From Octopus vulgaris (lineage: Eukaryota), in assembly GCA_951406725.2 (NCBI GenBank), contig OX597828.1, forward strand, positions 56,916,001 through 56,980,000: DNA of 64,000 nucleotides, given 5' to 3'. Position numbers and translations under genes: made by a program. The notes below the pieces were generated by a model, which made no database searches, had not been told where the DNA came from, and saw only the letters and a program-made list of their open reading frames with translations. Positions 12,974 to 26,703 of the stretch are shown here, one piece after another. Every line of letters begins with the position of its first letter. Within the stretch, counting starts at the first letter, position 1.

Positions 12974-15701
12974 CCCTCTGTTTTGAACATTATCAGTAAG
13001 GTGTCCTTATTCTTACCAGGATATCAGGTTACAACAAGGAATATAGGGAAAAAAAACGATTCAAGTGTTAAAGATTCAATATAGAGTAAAAGCTACAACG
13101 TGGTTATTAACAATACATTCTGCTAACACTGGGGCAGGGATAGCCTCAGCAAATAGTCCATATATACATATCATAGCTGATTCATTTTCTCTTTTCGTTT
13201 CAGGGATTTTAACGCACAAATATCATTGGTATAAAATTTAAGCAAATCAATGTGTGAATTAATGAAACCGTTTTTATTTTTCAGGTGTTATTTGGATGAT
13301 GTGAAAAATTCGAAACAATTTTTGCCTGCATGTATGTGTACATATGCATTATATATACTCTTTTTACCTATGATATAAATCTCTGATATTCTTGATTTGT
13401 TATTCTTTATTTTTACAAAAACGAAAATGTATGAAATATCAGAAGAGAAATTGTCGAAGTGTGTATATTTGAAGATGCACATACAGTGTCTTTAAAATCA
13501 TTGAGGCTTTCCAAAAATAATGGCAAAAATAAATCTCGCATGTAAAGAAAAACTCGCAGAGGGATGGTAGAATAGCGAAACTTATATCTAAAAGCCTCGA
13601 GGTACGGCTCCAAAATTGACAGCAGATATAAAGCACCACATCACAAACCTATATACAAACAAAACCTTTCGTCATATTCACCCTAGAGCTAGTTACTTTG
13701 AGAGAGCTACAATTACTAAACATCTTTTCTCACTCCCCTAGCAAAACTGATAGACAATAAAAAGTGTGTCTAGACTATTACAAGTGGCTGATGACGCGCG
13801 TAATAACCAAATCTCTGAAAAATCATTACTAGCGCATTTACCTTTACGGGGTGTATTTATGGCTGGAAACATGAAGGCATTCAATCCTGAATGCTTTGCT
13901 CCTGCCGTGAAATAGGGAGGCAAATCTACGATGATTTGATTATTTATATGAAGTTTTTCTGATCATGTCTATCTTTTATCAAACTTTGTTTCCTGGTATA
14001 TATATAGCGCCATCTGCTAGGATACTAATGCTGCTATTCACGGGACTAATGCTTTTAAAACTGGTATCAAATGCAGAAATGTGAGGTAGTAGAAGTCTGC
14101 TGGTCCCAGCAATCAGTAATTCTCAATATAGCAAGAAATTATAGTGCATTTTGAATCAGCAGCTGAGAAGCCACTTAGCTTCTCCTTTGACGTAAAAGAC
14201 ATTTTAATTGATGAAGGTAACTAAGTTCCGATAACCACAGGTAAGAACCAATTCGAGTGAATTCATCGCTATATTATAGCTGTGATTGAGGCCAATATTG
14301 TGGCCAACTTTTTTCTATCTTTTATCACTATATGTAACTGTATGTCTCTTAGTACTTTGTGTGCGCAATCGTGGGTATGCATGTGTGGATGAATCTTTTG
14401 GAGGAAAATCTCTGGTGAGCCTGGTAATAAAACATGAGAAATTAAGTGCATAATTAAGAGTTGTAATGTACCAGCAGAAAAAGCGTGTGAAAGCAAGGCC
14501 AAGACGTACACATCAGTGTTAGTGTCATCCATACTTTCACTCAAATGAGAGGTTTATTCAATCCCTTGATACCAAAGGTCACAGTTTCAACATGCAACCT
14601 CCAGGTAGTACATATTGGGCGATAATTATTTTGCATTTGTAGTTGCTATATTGTCTTGGTATGAGTTACTGGATATCAATTATAATTCTCTTCGATTTTT
14701 AATCATGCTTTCATGTGGAAAATTATCGTTTATCGCCCTCGGATTATTTGTGGAATTGACTTGTACGTTAGTTAGTTTTGGTATTCTTGTTATTTTTATT
14801 AAATTTGGAACGTATTCTATTTTCCCTTTTCACTAATCATTAATTTTGTTTGTATTTTTGCAACCATACTTTTTAATTCTCGCATTTTATTGGATTGGGT
14901 TTCTTCTCTCTCTCTCCCTCTATTTTTTCTATAGATCTATTAATTTTCACCTACTTTTCTGTTCGTTCGAAGGTCTCTGGAAAACTTTCTCTTTCTAATT
15001 GATTTCCAATACGCTTGATTTTTTTAAATTTAATTCTCATCTTATACACTTAGTACATTTTCCTGTAAACTTCATTATCCACATGAAGTTTATTCCATTC
15101 ATTAAACGTAATTTGTGTATTGGAATGTTCTGAGGTTATTAAACATTTTCAGAGTTTGTAACTTGATTCTTTGTCCATTTTTTTTTCTAATTTTTCTCAT
15201 TAAAAACGATTTTGTGAGGATTGACTTTTTTTTCAATATTGCCTCAGTTCCCCTTGCATTAATACATACAGGGAATTTTGATCATGTCAGTGACCTTCTG
15301 ATCTTATATTGTTTATTTGCATATTTAAATGTTTCTGAAAAAAACAAGACACTTCATACAGTGAAAATATTTTTTTAATGGTTTTCTTCAGTGTTGTTAA
15401 TTTAAAATAAAAGAGAAACCGATGTGTTTATTCTCCAGCATTAGAGAGCAGTTGCCACAATTAATTCCAAAACAATTACATCTGAAGAGCGCAGGGTTAC
15501 ATAATCGGAGTGTTGCTTAAAATTCCGATGAAGCCTTTGTACGAAACCTATTGATTAGATCGGCAGTAATAGGTAAATAATACTGTACACTTTGTATAGT
15601 ATACCATATCTACTGACAGATATGCGAACGCATTTTATTGACTTATGGATTCCTACACAGCTTACACATGCACACATACAACGCGCATACATACAGACAC
15701 A

Positions 15702-15759
<58 letters not shown>

Positions 15760-15889
15760 GAGAGAGAGAGAGACAGACAGTCATTTAGACAGACAGACAT
15801 TTAGATAGATAGGTAAATAGACAGATACATACATATATAGACAGTTTGACAAATAGATAGATAGATAGAAAGATAGATAAATAATTGCA

Positions 15890-17345
15890 GGCGAGGTTCT
15901 AATTATCAATATTCCACCATTGGCTGCATATCGTCCAACTCCCCCTCAACTCCCACTGGATCAATATCCCATCCAAATATTTTATTTAACCTGTTATACC
16001 TCTCTTTATCTATTGCATTCACATTTTCCGAGGAAATATCCGTAGGCAAGTAAACCCTTATTACGGATTTAAACTTCGGTATGTTTTTTTTTATATTCCC
16101 CTTCTCTTGCGCATCTTCAGCTTCCATGTTTGTTTGATTTTTTTTCTTTGCTCCACTCTTGGCGCCTTCCCTCGGTATTTATCCTCCTCCATATTAGTTA
16201 TAGTCACTGCTTCACTTTTGTGCTGTTGTCTCCTTACACCATCCAAATCTTCCTCCTCCGCTAGTGTAGCTAATACACTTGCTACTGCCACCTCTTTCAC
16301 AAGCCCCTCGTAAAGCTCCTTCTCCAACTGTTTTACAACCCCCTTCTCCACCTCCTTATCTCCTTTTTTTTCTTTTTCTGCCTCTGCGGCGGAGAGTTTA
16401 CTCTTTCTTTTCTTTTTCGTATTTTAACCACTATGAACGCTTCCTTTCTTATTACCGTCATTTCAAACCATCTTGTACCGCTTCGTCCACCTCTTGCTCT
16501 TCAGACTATTCCATCTGTTGTTCTTCCTCTCTGTCTGTGCATATCGTCTTAATGTGTCGGCCTTTTTCCCCACATTGATAACATATACGAGGCCTGCCCT
16601 CCACTACTATTCTCAGCCTCACATCCTCTGTTAAATCTATTTCCTCCAGAATTTCGTTAATATCTTTCAAAATCGCTTGTATGGCCATCTCTATGCTATA
16701 ACCCCACCAATATAACCATATGGTTCTCGTCACTTTCAGTATTTTCGCGTCATCCTCCATGTTGAATATTATCACTGCTACCACCCATGTTTCATTTATA
16801 TCCGGGGGTTCTTTTCCTACTCTCACCCTGGCCAAACGCTTGCCACAGTACGATGGCAAAAGTACCCATTCATCCGTCTTTTTGGCTACAGGGGATTACT
16901 GTATCGCTTCGTCTTCAGTCGCGAATCGCACATCGCACATCCACTATGCTATACGTTCTTCCTCTCGTGATGTATGTCGTGACCTTTTTAATTTCTTTCA
17001 AGCATTCTTTAACAACTTCGATATTTTCGATTTCGCTTTCCTATCTTCCCCTCACGAAGGTTCTACCTTCCCCTCACGAATCTGTAAAGCATCAGAATCC
17101 ACTCCAATGCCTGTTTCTGCCGCATAACTGTGGCTGGTACGTGTTCCATAACTCTCATAAATGGGAAGGAAACAATCACAGTTTAAAAATTTCGTATGCA
17201 AAGAACAGCAACAGTAATTTCAACAATTCAACAAATAGGTTCACCATTACGGGATACCTTCATCAGACAATTAACAATGCTACTCACGTCTAACAGGAAT
17301 CAAAAATGATTGAACAGAATAGAAAAAAAAACAGCGGCGAGTACT
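15890..17345 (-). mobile_element. Non-LTR retrotransposon (L1/Tx1-like) 5'UTR plus decayed ORF1, copy A
   Basis: Frameshifted ORF1 with zinc knuckle LRIVVEGRPRICYQCGEKGRHIKTIC; homologous along its length to copy B; no ORF2 seen. Confidence 0.7.
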
Positions 17346-18958
17346 AATTCTTTTATTAAGTACTTAGGCTCTTACGCAGGGGGGACAGCACAAGGGCAGT
17401 CAGAACACCAAAGTGGGGACAAAAGCATACAACGAATGAATAATGAGAAAAATGTTATATAAAAATGAAATGTCTGCCTGAGCAACACTATCATGCAGTA
17501 CAATTTGATTGTTTTTATGCACAGTTTATAATATTTTCTTTTTTTCCTTTGTCTTTGTTTCTATTATCATGGTTTTACTTGTTTTAATGTCTCCTAAATT
17601 GTTCCAGCTCTCTCTATTCAGCCACTGGTCACAGTTCGTGAAACTCCACCGCAACTCCCGGCGAATGAATCTCCCCTCTACACATTTCCTTTAACCTGTT
17701 ACATCTATCTTTATCAATTAAGATGGCCTTCACACTTTCCGGGTAAATATCATTAGACAACTTAAACTTTATAAAAGACTTGAACTGCTTTATCTTTCTT
17801 TCCCTTGCTGTGTCCTTAGTGTATATAACGAAATTCCAGCTGTGCATTTTCGCCTTTCGCACTTGTTTTCCTTTTCTCTGCCCCTCTCTTGACACCTTCC
17901 CTCTGTCCTTATCCTCCTCCATTTTGGTTATCATTGCTGTTTCTCTTTCATGCTGTTATCTTCTATACCGCCTAAAACTTCTTCTTTCTCCCCAGTTATA
18001 GCTATTCCCCTTCGTACTGTCTCCTGCTCCTCAGACTGTTTCATCTGCTTCTTCCCCCCTCTCTCTGGGGGCTACCCGCCTTCATATGACTATTTTCTCC
18101 ACACAGGCAGCACATGGGAGGTCCACCCTCCACCACCACTCTCAGCCTCACATCCTCGGGCAAAACCACCTCTCCGCAATCCTGTCCAGCTAACTTAAAC
18201 CTGCCTGCACGGCAATCTCTATTCCATAACCCCAACAATTCAACTCTCTGGTCCTCGTCACTCTCAGCACTCTTGTATTCTCCCCCATGTTGAACATCAT
18301 CGCTGCCACCAACCATGTTTCATTTATTTCTGGTGGCACCTATCCCACTCCAATCCCAGCAACACGCTTGCCACAGTATGTTGGCAAATGTACTCATTCC
18401 GCCGTTTTTATGGCTTCAGTGGAGAGCGTCATCGTTTTGTTCGTCGCGAATCACACCTCCTCAGCGCTATACTTCCTTCCTTGTGAGATAAAGGTGGTGA
18501 ATCTTTTAATTTCTTTCAAGCACTCCTCAATATCTTCAACGATTGCTATTTCCATTTCCTTGGATGACACCTTCAGTGTATTAATTATAATAGTTCTTTC
18601 TGTCACACCGTTCGTTAGTTCCAATGGTGGCGTCAGTTTCAAAGTATTGCCTTCCTTTTTCAACAAATTTTCACACTCTTTCAGCTTCCTCAGTTCCACC
18701 TTCACCTCACGAACCTCCAAAGCTTCAGAGTCCACTCTGGCCCTTTGCTGGTACTTTTTCCATCTCCCCCATAAATGGAACTAAAACAAACACAATTCAA
18801 CAATATCGTATGCAAACAACAGTAACAGTCATTTCAACAATGAATAATTCTAGGTACAGCCACGAAGGGAGACCTTCAACAAATAATTAACAATGTGACT
18901 CACGTCTAACGGGGATCAAAATGAAGAAACGGAAAAGAAAAGGAGCGGTGACTACTCA
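17346..18958 (-). mobile_element. L1/Tx1-like 5'UTR, decayed ORF1 and 3' tail, copy B (head-to-tail with copy A)
   Basis: LRVVVEGGPPMCCLCGENSHMKAG knuckle; shared 5' block attaacaatg..actcacgtctaac.gg.atcaaaa; A-rich 3' end near 17350 on the minus strand. Confidence 0.7.
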
Positions 18959-19454
18959 TCCAGCATTTCACTCTGTTCTTATTTATCGTAATCGGTCAGT
19001 TCACATTCAGACACGCGGTGTTGTTGAGGAATCTCCCATAGCACTACATATGCATAATCTGAACAATACCATTGTTTACGTGATTCCCGATGGTTTAAAC
19101 TTAAATATATGCAGAATAAATATACAGTATTTATAATATAGTATAATTTGTATAATTTCAAGTAAACTTAGGTGAGAAAACAAACTCAACTATAACCACT
19201 GTCGTGCAAATTGCCAACAATGATGAATATTGGAGACACTACATACACATCATTGTTCAGGTCGTCATTTTTGGCTTAATGAAAAATAAATCATATGATT
19301 TATTTAATTAAAAATGTCCTCAAACGATAGATTAATAAATTTAAAATATGTAATTAATTGTATACAAATTTGTTCAATGACGTCAAGTGCTTCTTTTCTT
19401 TATTGGTAAATTGTCCATCTCAAATTTAAAAGAAACATATACACACACAAAATA

Positions 19455-19690
19455 CATACAGATGCGCCACAAACACACACGCCACAGACACACACGCCAC
19501 AAACGCACATTCCATAAACATACATTCCACAAACAGACACGCCAAAAACACACATTCCACAATCACACACGCCACACCACAAACACACACGCGAGAAACA
19601 CATACACCCGCAGACACACCAGGCTCATACACACCACAGACACACATTCCACAAACACACAAGCCACAAACACTCTCCACAAACACACTG
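19455..19690. repeat. Degenerate ~15-bp minisatellite (cacaaacacacacgc/attc)
   Basis: Repeated CCACAAACACACA units. Confidence 0.8.
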
Positions 19691-20971
19691 ACATACAGAT
19701 ACGCTATGTTCCTATGCATCAAAGTACCTTCGCCCAAGGTTCATGGAAATTACACTGATGTTGGACACACCCTACACAATGCTCGTATAGCAATCAGACA
19801 ACAGTAAGAATTGTAATATACTAGAAGAGCTTAAATAAACTGACGAATGTGTTGTTCTTTTCTGAAAGCAAATCAGGTTTGGTGCGATGGGAAGTATCTG
19901 AACATTTCAAAATTCATTATATAATAGAGTTGAAATCGTTAAGGGGATTTCGTTATCATGCTACAATATCCACATTTTGTGCACCAAAACGTGCAATATT
20001 TTATGTGTACCCGAATGAAGAAATCGTAAATGCGATAAGATGATATATTGCTGAGTTGGAAAACCTTATTCGATTAGCCGTCCATCATCGAAAATGTGAA
20101 TTCCTTTTTCTGCGAGAATGTACTTCATTTTGTGTTGTTTTACTATTTGAAGACATCTGTTTGCGAAAGATCGAAAGCTATAGGATAGTCATTATGTGGA
20201 TTCTATTTGATTAGCTTTAGAGAATTAAAAATAGGGATAAAATAAATGTTATGATATACTATAACTACACTATAGGTGCAAGTGTAGATATGTGCAATAA
20301 TGCGGGTTTCTGTGTACGCATCTATGGTAACTCCTAACATTCCAACAACAGGATCAATACGATAAAAACAAGATTTAAAGATAGATACTCTTAAGATAGA
20401 ATCATTGAAACCTTAAAGATGGCGCTCGACCAGACTTGCAGTCAAATGAGTGAAACCACAAAGAATAAAAAATAGAAAATCAACATTAATAGCATTACTA
20501 TGAAAGCTACTTTTTATTAATACATAGGTTATTTTACAAGAAGCTTCAGCTGTTATGGAAGTGCATATCATTGAATTAAATTCAAAATTATAAAAGAAGT
20601 ACAATCAGTTTGGTGTGTGTTAAATAATTCTTAAAGGCAACGATTTGGTGATCTGACCGATCAACAGAATATGTTTTCTTTTTCTTTCATATATATTGAA
20701 AATTACTCGGAAGATTGTTTCTAAGTGTTATAGGTATTAAGGAACATAACAGCTTTTGCTCTCACCGTGCGATATGCTATAAACATAGGTAATAATACTG
20801 TGAAGAATTTTCCAGTTGTGATTCATTCCTGAAAGTGGAAAGAAGTTGAAAAACGCGTAAAAAGTTAATACAAAATAAACCTAAAGTTCTTGTGACACAG
20901 TGTATATGAAAATTCATATTATTTTCAATTATAAATAGTTGTTCTAAATGTTGGCACAAGGACAGCAAATT

Positions 20972-21146
20972 TAGTCGATTATATCAACCCCAGCTGATAC
21001 ATATTTTATCAGTATTTTGCATTACAGCATTTTACTAAAAATGATGTAATGCAAAGTCCACACCGGCAGGATTTCGAACATAAAAAGGGATTAAACACCA
21101 CTAAGCACTTTACCCGGCATGCTAACGATTCTGCCACCAACCGCCA
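20972..21146 (-). mobile_element. SINE, same family (decayed)
   Basis: Minus-strand ggcagaatcgttagcatgccggg head. Confidence 0.6.
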
Positions 21147-21649
21147 TCAATTATAAATTATTAATCATTTTATAACTGCCGCGTAAATAATGGCATTCTT
21201 AGTTCTTCTTACTCTGTGCATGAATATATACGTTATCATAAGAACATTTGGAAATGTCACTTATCAAATTACAAGGAGCATATGTGTCCACCTTGCCTGG
21301 GAGCTAGCGTAATAGAACGGGCGTATTCTATATTACAGCTACTGATATGCGATTCCATGTAAAATTAGGCACATGAAAGAGTATAAAGCATAAGAAGGAA
21401 CAGTGAAAAGCGAGTAGAGAAGTGGAATTCAAGGAAAGTTTTCAGAAGAGGTAAATGACAGAACCGATAGAAACGTTATTCAGAATAAAGAGGACAAATT
21501 GAATTATAATAAAACACATAGACAAATTGAGAAGTTTTGTCAGCACATAAATTTGAAACAACACACTAAAACAGTAGATAGACTTACTAAAACATTAGAT
21601 ATATGCGTGGTCACATGTTTAAAACACATTCTCATTAAATATCAATTTC

Positions 21650-23275
21650 TTTTAAATTTCAATATTTGCGTGATGCGTGCTGTAGCAAAAATACCGAATG
21701 TATGAAACATATAAGTGTCTCAACGTATTGCAAATTCAAATAAGAAAGAATAAACGAAACGCTGATCAACATGATCGTAGTACATTTTCAGTTCAAATGT
21801 CACCAGCATCAGCTTATTAATTGTCTACTCACACCTTTAAAATATTTCGTAGATAAACGATTGTTTTGGTATTCTTCGGGGTAAAACAGATATTCTTTGT
21901 AAATCAAGAATATGAAATAATGTCTTATGATCTATTTTCTCAACAATTTCAACAAGCAGTAATCGCATATTATGCAGTTTTGTACAAAGTGCATATGAAA
22001 TGCATTTAAACAATTTAAAACACGATGGGCATCACTGATGCCTGGTTTCCAAATATGTAAGATATTGTGCCTTCTCAAAACAAACATATATTCATTAATG
22101 TTGTCGAAATAAGCAAATTCATAACAGCTCAAAGCTTAGAGCTGTGTTCGTTTAATTCGTTGACCTCTAATTCTTTTAAATTCATTCTTTTTACTTCATT
22201 GTTATATTCTCTTTCTTTCTGTTTTATTTTGGTTTTAAGGATATGAACTGCAATTTATTTTAAGTCGTATATAGTTTTAAAATACGACAGATGAGCACTT
22301 TCTGATAATACTATATACAATTCTCATTGAGAAGTACCAAGTAAAACTTAATCTGCAAAGCGTAAGCTTATATATATATATGAATGTTATCGTATATGAT
22401 CAGGAATTTCAAATGTCTGTAGCATTTTAGATGACCTTCGAATCTGTGAGATAATGTGTATGGTCTGCCTGCGTATGTAAAAGGTACGAAATTATTCGTT
22501 CTGAACCTTAATTCCCTTAATTACGTGTTCTTATGTCTCTTCCAGACTGTTGCAAACGTTTCCCCTTTGTTTCCTATGACTCTCCCTTTCTCTCTATGCA
22601 CAAGCCAATACATAATATGTTTGAAGCATAAGCCTTAAATGTTTTGAAGATCGAATATAAATTTAACACTTGCAAACCATGAATAAATCTATATATATAA
22701 AACTGTAGTTGTGTGAGTGTCTGTCCCCTTCGATTTAGATTCCTAACTACTCCCACATTTTGCGGTGCAGTTTAACCAAATTCGGGTATCTTATAGTCGT
22801 GATTCATATCGAGCCCGTCTGAGTATTAGCGTGCGTCTACGATGAGTCTACGATTTTAAAAATAATTTAAGATCATTTTTTATTCCATTTTAATGCATAA
22901 TTTTTCGTGTGTCGATGGCGGCGGAGTTGGCGTCCACGCTCAAACACCTGCACCTGTGTTTGCTTCTCCCCCTTCTTCCCTCCCTCGTGAAGCTGTGGGG
23001 GAGGGAGTGTAAGGAAATCAACGTCGTAAAGCGTTGTCAAGGAGACCAGCGTTCTTTTAGAACAACGACTTCATGGCTTGAAGACACCAAAACAGAAATG
23101 GCTAAGAAAGCCCGAATTGGCATCTATAAGGGAAGTAACTCACTAAAAATGCTTATATAGTTATTTCCCTTACAAACCCGAGCAACGCCGGGCGATACTG
23201 CTAGTACTACATAAAAAACATATATTGTAATTGGTAATTATATTCTTTTCTTATGGACACTCCGACAATTTCCAT
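21650..23275 (-). pseudogene. CDS-less remnant of a fifth CR repeat unit (downstream and upstream flanks fused)
   Basis: 21650-22380 aligns with the downstream flanks of paralogs 2 (~25800-26535) and 3 (~37760-38405). 22380-22687 and 23205-23275 align with the upstream flank of paralog 2 (28180-28683). No coding sequence lies between them. Confidence 0.8.
22688..23204 (+). mobile_element. Non-autonomous Helitron (517 bp)
   Basis: Inserted between A and T; 5' TC, 3' CTAG; subterminal GC hairpin cccgagcaacgccggg (23177-23192); no TSD; interrupts the ghost unit's upstream flank. Confidence 0.85.
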
Positions 23276-23313
23276 TTTCATATATATATACATACATAAA
23301 TACATACATATAC

Positions 23314-23375
<62 letters not shown>

Positions 23376-24179
23376 CAAACGTTAATAATTTTGATATTTG
23401 CTAACAAAATGAACAATTGGTGTTTTCAGTTGTGTATATTTTTGTTTGTTTTGTCTTCTCATGTGCCGTCTGATCAGAAAGGAAGATGTATTTGAGGAGA
23501 TGACACGGATGGAATGGTTAAAACTCGTTATCGACAAATCTGCATGGAACATGCTGCTCATACTGATCTTGAAAAGAGTAGAATTAGGAAACATGCAGCG
23601 ATGCAAATTGGTTTCCTACATGGTCTCACCCACGTGGAGGACCGCTCGTTGGGAAAGCATGTTTCTTGAATATTCCTTTCCCCTTTAGATAGAAAACACC
23701 GAAAAAAATTATATCATGATGAAAATGTCAGAGAATGTTACATACGTGAAAACATTATTCAAACTAAGAAAAATATTAGAATGCATAAAAGGCAGTAAAT
23801 AGAGGCTTAAACAAATCCCGTGTCGTTCAGAAGAAAAAGGAGAAGCAAACACAGATAAGTAAAATACTAAGAAGAAAGAGAAAAGGCTTAATACAACGCC
23901 AAAAGAATCCAGAATACCTTCCAGCAAATGTGGGGAAAGTGCATTTGGACGAAAAATCTGGGAAAAGTACATCAAAGGAAAGTGCATTCTATATATGTTT
24001 TAACTGGAGAATTTTGTATTCAGCCATTCTTTGGAACAATCTCATCCTCTGATCTGTGCATTACTTTCAGGTATACAGTATACATAAGAAGAAATCAAAT
24101 GAACATTCATTTCATTTCTGTCACGAAAAATAATAGCAAAACATGCAGTGACCTGCGAATCGTTTCATTGTAGAGAAGT

Positions 24180-24484
24180 TGTTTGTTCCTTCTCGAGCCA
24201 TGTCTGGCTCATAAGGGCCGGTTTCTAGGTTTCCTTGGCGTATATGTTCCCCACCTGGACGGGACGTCGGTCCGTCGCAGGTGAGCTGCAAGATGCCGGA
24301 GGAAAGAGTGAGAGAGAAAGTTGTGGCGAAAGAGTCAGCAGAAGTTCGTCATTACCTTCTGCCGGAGCCCCGTGGAGCTTAGGTGTTTCGCTCATAAACA
24401 CACACATCACCCGGTCTGAGAGTCGAATACGCGATCCCTCGACCGCGAGTCCGCTGCTCTAACCACTAGGCCATGTGTCTCCTC
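24180..24484 (-). mobile_element. Full-length tRNA-derived SINE (second family) with TSD
   Basis: A-box TGGCCTAGTGG, B-box-like GTATTCGACTC, (AAAC) tail, 8-bp TSD AGAGAAGT at 24172-24179 and 24485-24492. Confidence 0.85.
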
Positions 24485-25313
24485 AGAGAAGTCTACTATA
24501 TGAAATAACTGTTTGGAAATGCAGAGAAAATATTTTCAGAAGACACGAAACCTTTGGAAATCATGAACTAGAGTTGTCTATAATGCACTACATGCATTTT
24601 TATGAGACAATGAGTGTGATTTATGTTATTTTACTGCATGAAATGTGATATTAGGTTGTTAATGTCAACGAAACCTAAAATTGCGTGTGTAACCAATAAA
24701 GGGATTTAATCTAAAATTCACGTCGCAGATGTAGTAAGTGCGACCGATGCGAAATCTAATGATTATAAAGGGAAGCTCCCAAATTCAGTGAAGAGGAGGA
24801 TCGGCGTCCTAAAGGCAACGCAGATAGAGTCGGAAAGCATTTCAGAATGGTCTTATTAAGAAAATTAGAAAACAAATTTAGAACTCAGTGCACACGCGCA
24901 CACAAAAACTTATATCTGGGAAATGTAGTTATCAAAAGCAAAAATCAAGCAACACATGGTAAGTATATTCGATTAATATTTAAGAGAATATAACTCTTTA
25001 AACGTCCTTTCGTGAAAGGAAGAAATTATAGAAGTGAGAATGAGGAAAAGTTTTGAGATGAAATGAAAAACTTGGGCAAGGTTTTTGTGACCCCTGAGAA
25101 TGATCTTCTGTGGATAGAAAATAAAATGGGAGTGGAAGCAGGTACATGTGCTTGCAGGTATTCAAATGTAACCTTCCTTTGGGATAGGCATAATGGGGTG
25201 ACTAATATATGTGTGAGTGTGTGTGTGTGTGTGTGTGCGTGTGTGCGTGTGCGCGCGCGCGTGTGTGTGTGTGTGCGCGTTTGAGAGAGAGAGAGAGAAA
25301 ATTATGTGGGGGA

Positions 25314-25543
25314 CAGGGCGTTCAAAAAGTCTCTCCGCACTGACTATTTCATTGCAAAATAAATATCTATAGGATGGTAAAAGACTGCAAAAGAATATAT
25401 TAGACTTTATACGACTTTAAAAAACATTTTAAGGGGTGTTGAGAATATCGTCCTTCATTTTAAATGCATAAAGTTTAATTTCTCTTTAGATTCCGTGTGA
25501 GCTAGGCTGAGACTTACTGCCGAGAGACTTTTTGAACACCCTG
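25314..25543. mobile_element. Tc1/mariner-type MITE (230 bp)
   Basis: 22-bp TIRs CAGGGCGTTCAAAAAGTCTCTC / GAGAGACTTTTTGAACACCCTG (1 mismatch); TA on the right flank. Confidence 0.85.
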
Positions 25544-26703
25544 TATATGAAAGGGTGTAACACATATAAACGGAGAGCGAAAACAGAACCAGGAATCGGA
25601 TTGTAAGGTAAGTTGTGAGAGCAGGTTGAGGAGAGAGGTGAGAGAAAGATTATAAAAAAATTGGAGGAGAAAATTTAATTAAAGAACACTACAAATATAA
25701 CAATCAACTTTTAATCGTTTGTTAGTACACACTATAATATAAGACTGATAGCTACATGCGCTCACAAACGCAAACATATATATCCAAAACAGATTCTCAT
25801 AACATATCAAAATTTCTGTAAGTACAATATTTTCCGTATATATATAAAAAATATCGAACATACAAAATGTACGAAAACATATTTCAACATGAATAAAGAA
25901 TAATTAAAATGGTGACCAACATGATCATATTACTATTGTAGCTCATATATCACCATCATTAGTATAAAATTAGTCTATCTGGCATTCATAAATCATTTCC
26001 AAGGAATAAGGTAGCATTTATTTTGACATTCCTCTTATTTTACTTTGTAAAGTAAGGTTACATTACGATGCCTTATAATCTATTTTCTCAGCAATTTGAA
26101 TAAATAGTAATCGTATAGTATACGAACAGAACGAAATGATTTCGAATTCCAGTTTAACAGAAAGTGCATATGAAATATTTAAAAAATCACAATAGATAAC
26201 AATGATTTTGTATCTGATTTCTAAACTTGAAAGATATTTAGCTTTTTCATGACAGATATATATGGCTTAATTTTGTCGAAATAAAGAATACTGACCTACT
26301 CTGAGCATAGAATTGTGTTCGTTAAATTAAGTTTACTTATACATTTTAATTGGCTTAATCTGTATTATTTTCGTTTTAAGGATATGAATTTTATTTTTTC
26401 ATTTATTATACGTCGTATATATTTCCAAGATATAATAGATCAGCAATTATCTCTTTTGTCATAATACTGTATGAAATTCGTGTTGGAAAGTGAAAAGAAA
26501 AACGTACTATGGAAAGCGGAATTTTGTACATACATGAGATAGCGTCAATATTTAATGGCACTTATAGACGAAATACGGAATTAAAGCACATACAACTAGG
26601 TCTTTATGGTTTTACATTAGCATAGTTTGAAAAGACCCTGTTTTTGGAACATGAATACTTTTTGTGCGAGATAGTATTTCCAAACATTGCTTCGCAACTG
26701 AAA

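Noticed and set aside
14005-14021. CTCF-like motif (tagcgccatctgctagg)
   Set aside because: Single imperfect match, unsupported without ChIP or conservation data.
13190-14610. Splice-acceptor/donor-like signals and a DTNTDVYVL peptide (14269-14544)
   Set aside because: No coherent stop-free gene model or recognisable family; likely decayed TE or pseudogene debris.
15520-15556. ccgatgaag..cgaaac hammerhead-like words (also minus-strand ctgatgag near 32495 and 32865)
   Set aside because: Stems I/II or the GAAA box cannot be formed.
19455-19690. Regularly spaced repeats as a possible CRISPR-like array
   Set aside because: Low-complexity CA minisatellite without unique spacers; eukaryotic context and no cas genes.
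24410-24484. tRNA gene
   Set aside because: tRNA-like head of a SINE with TSD and tail; no complete cloverleaf.
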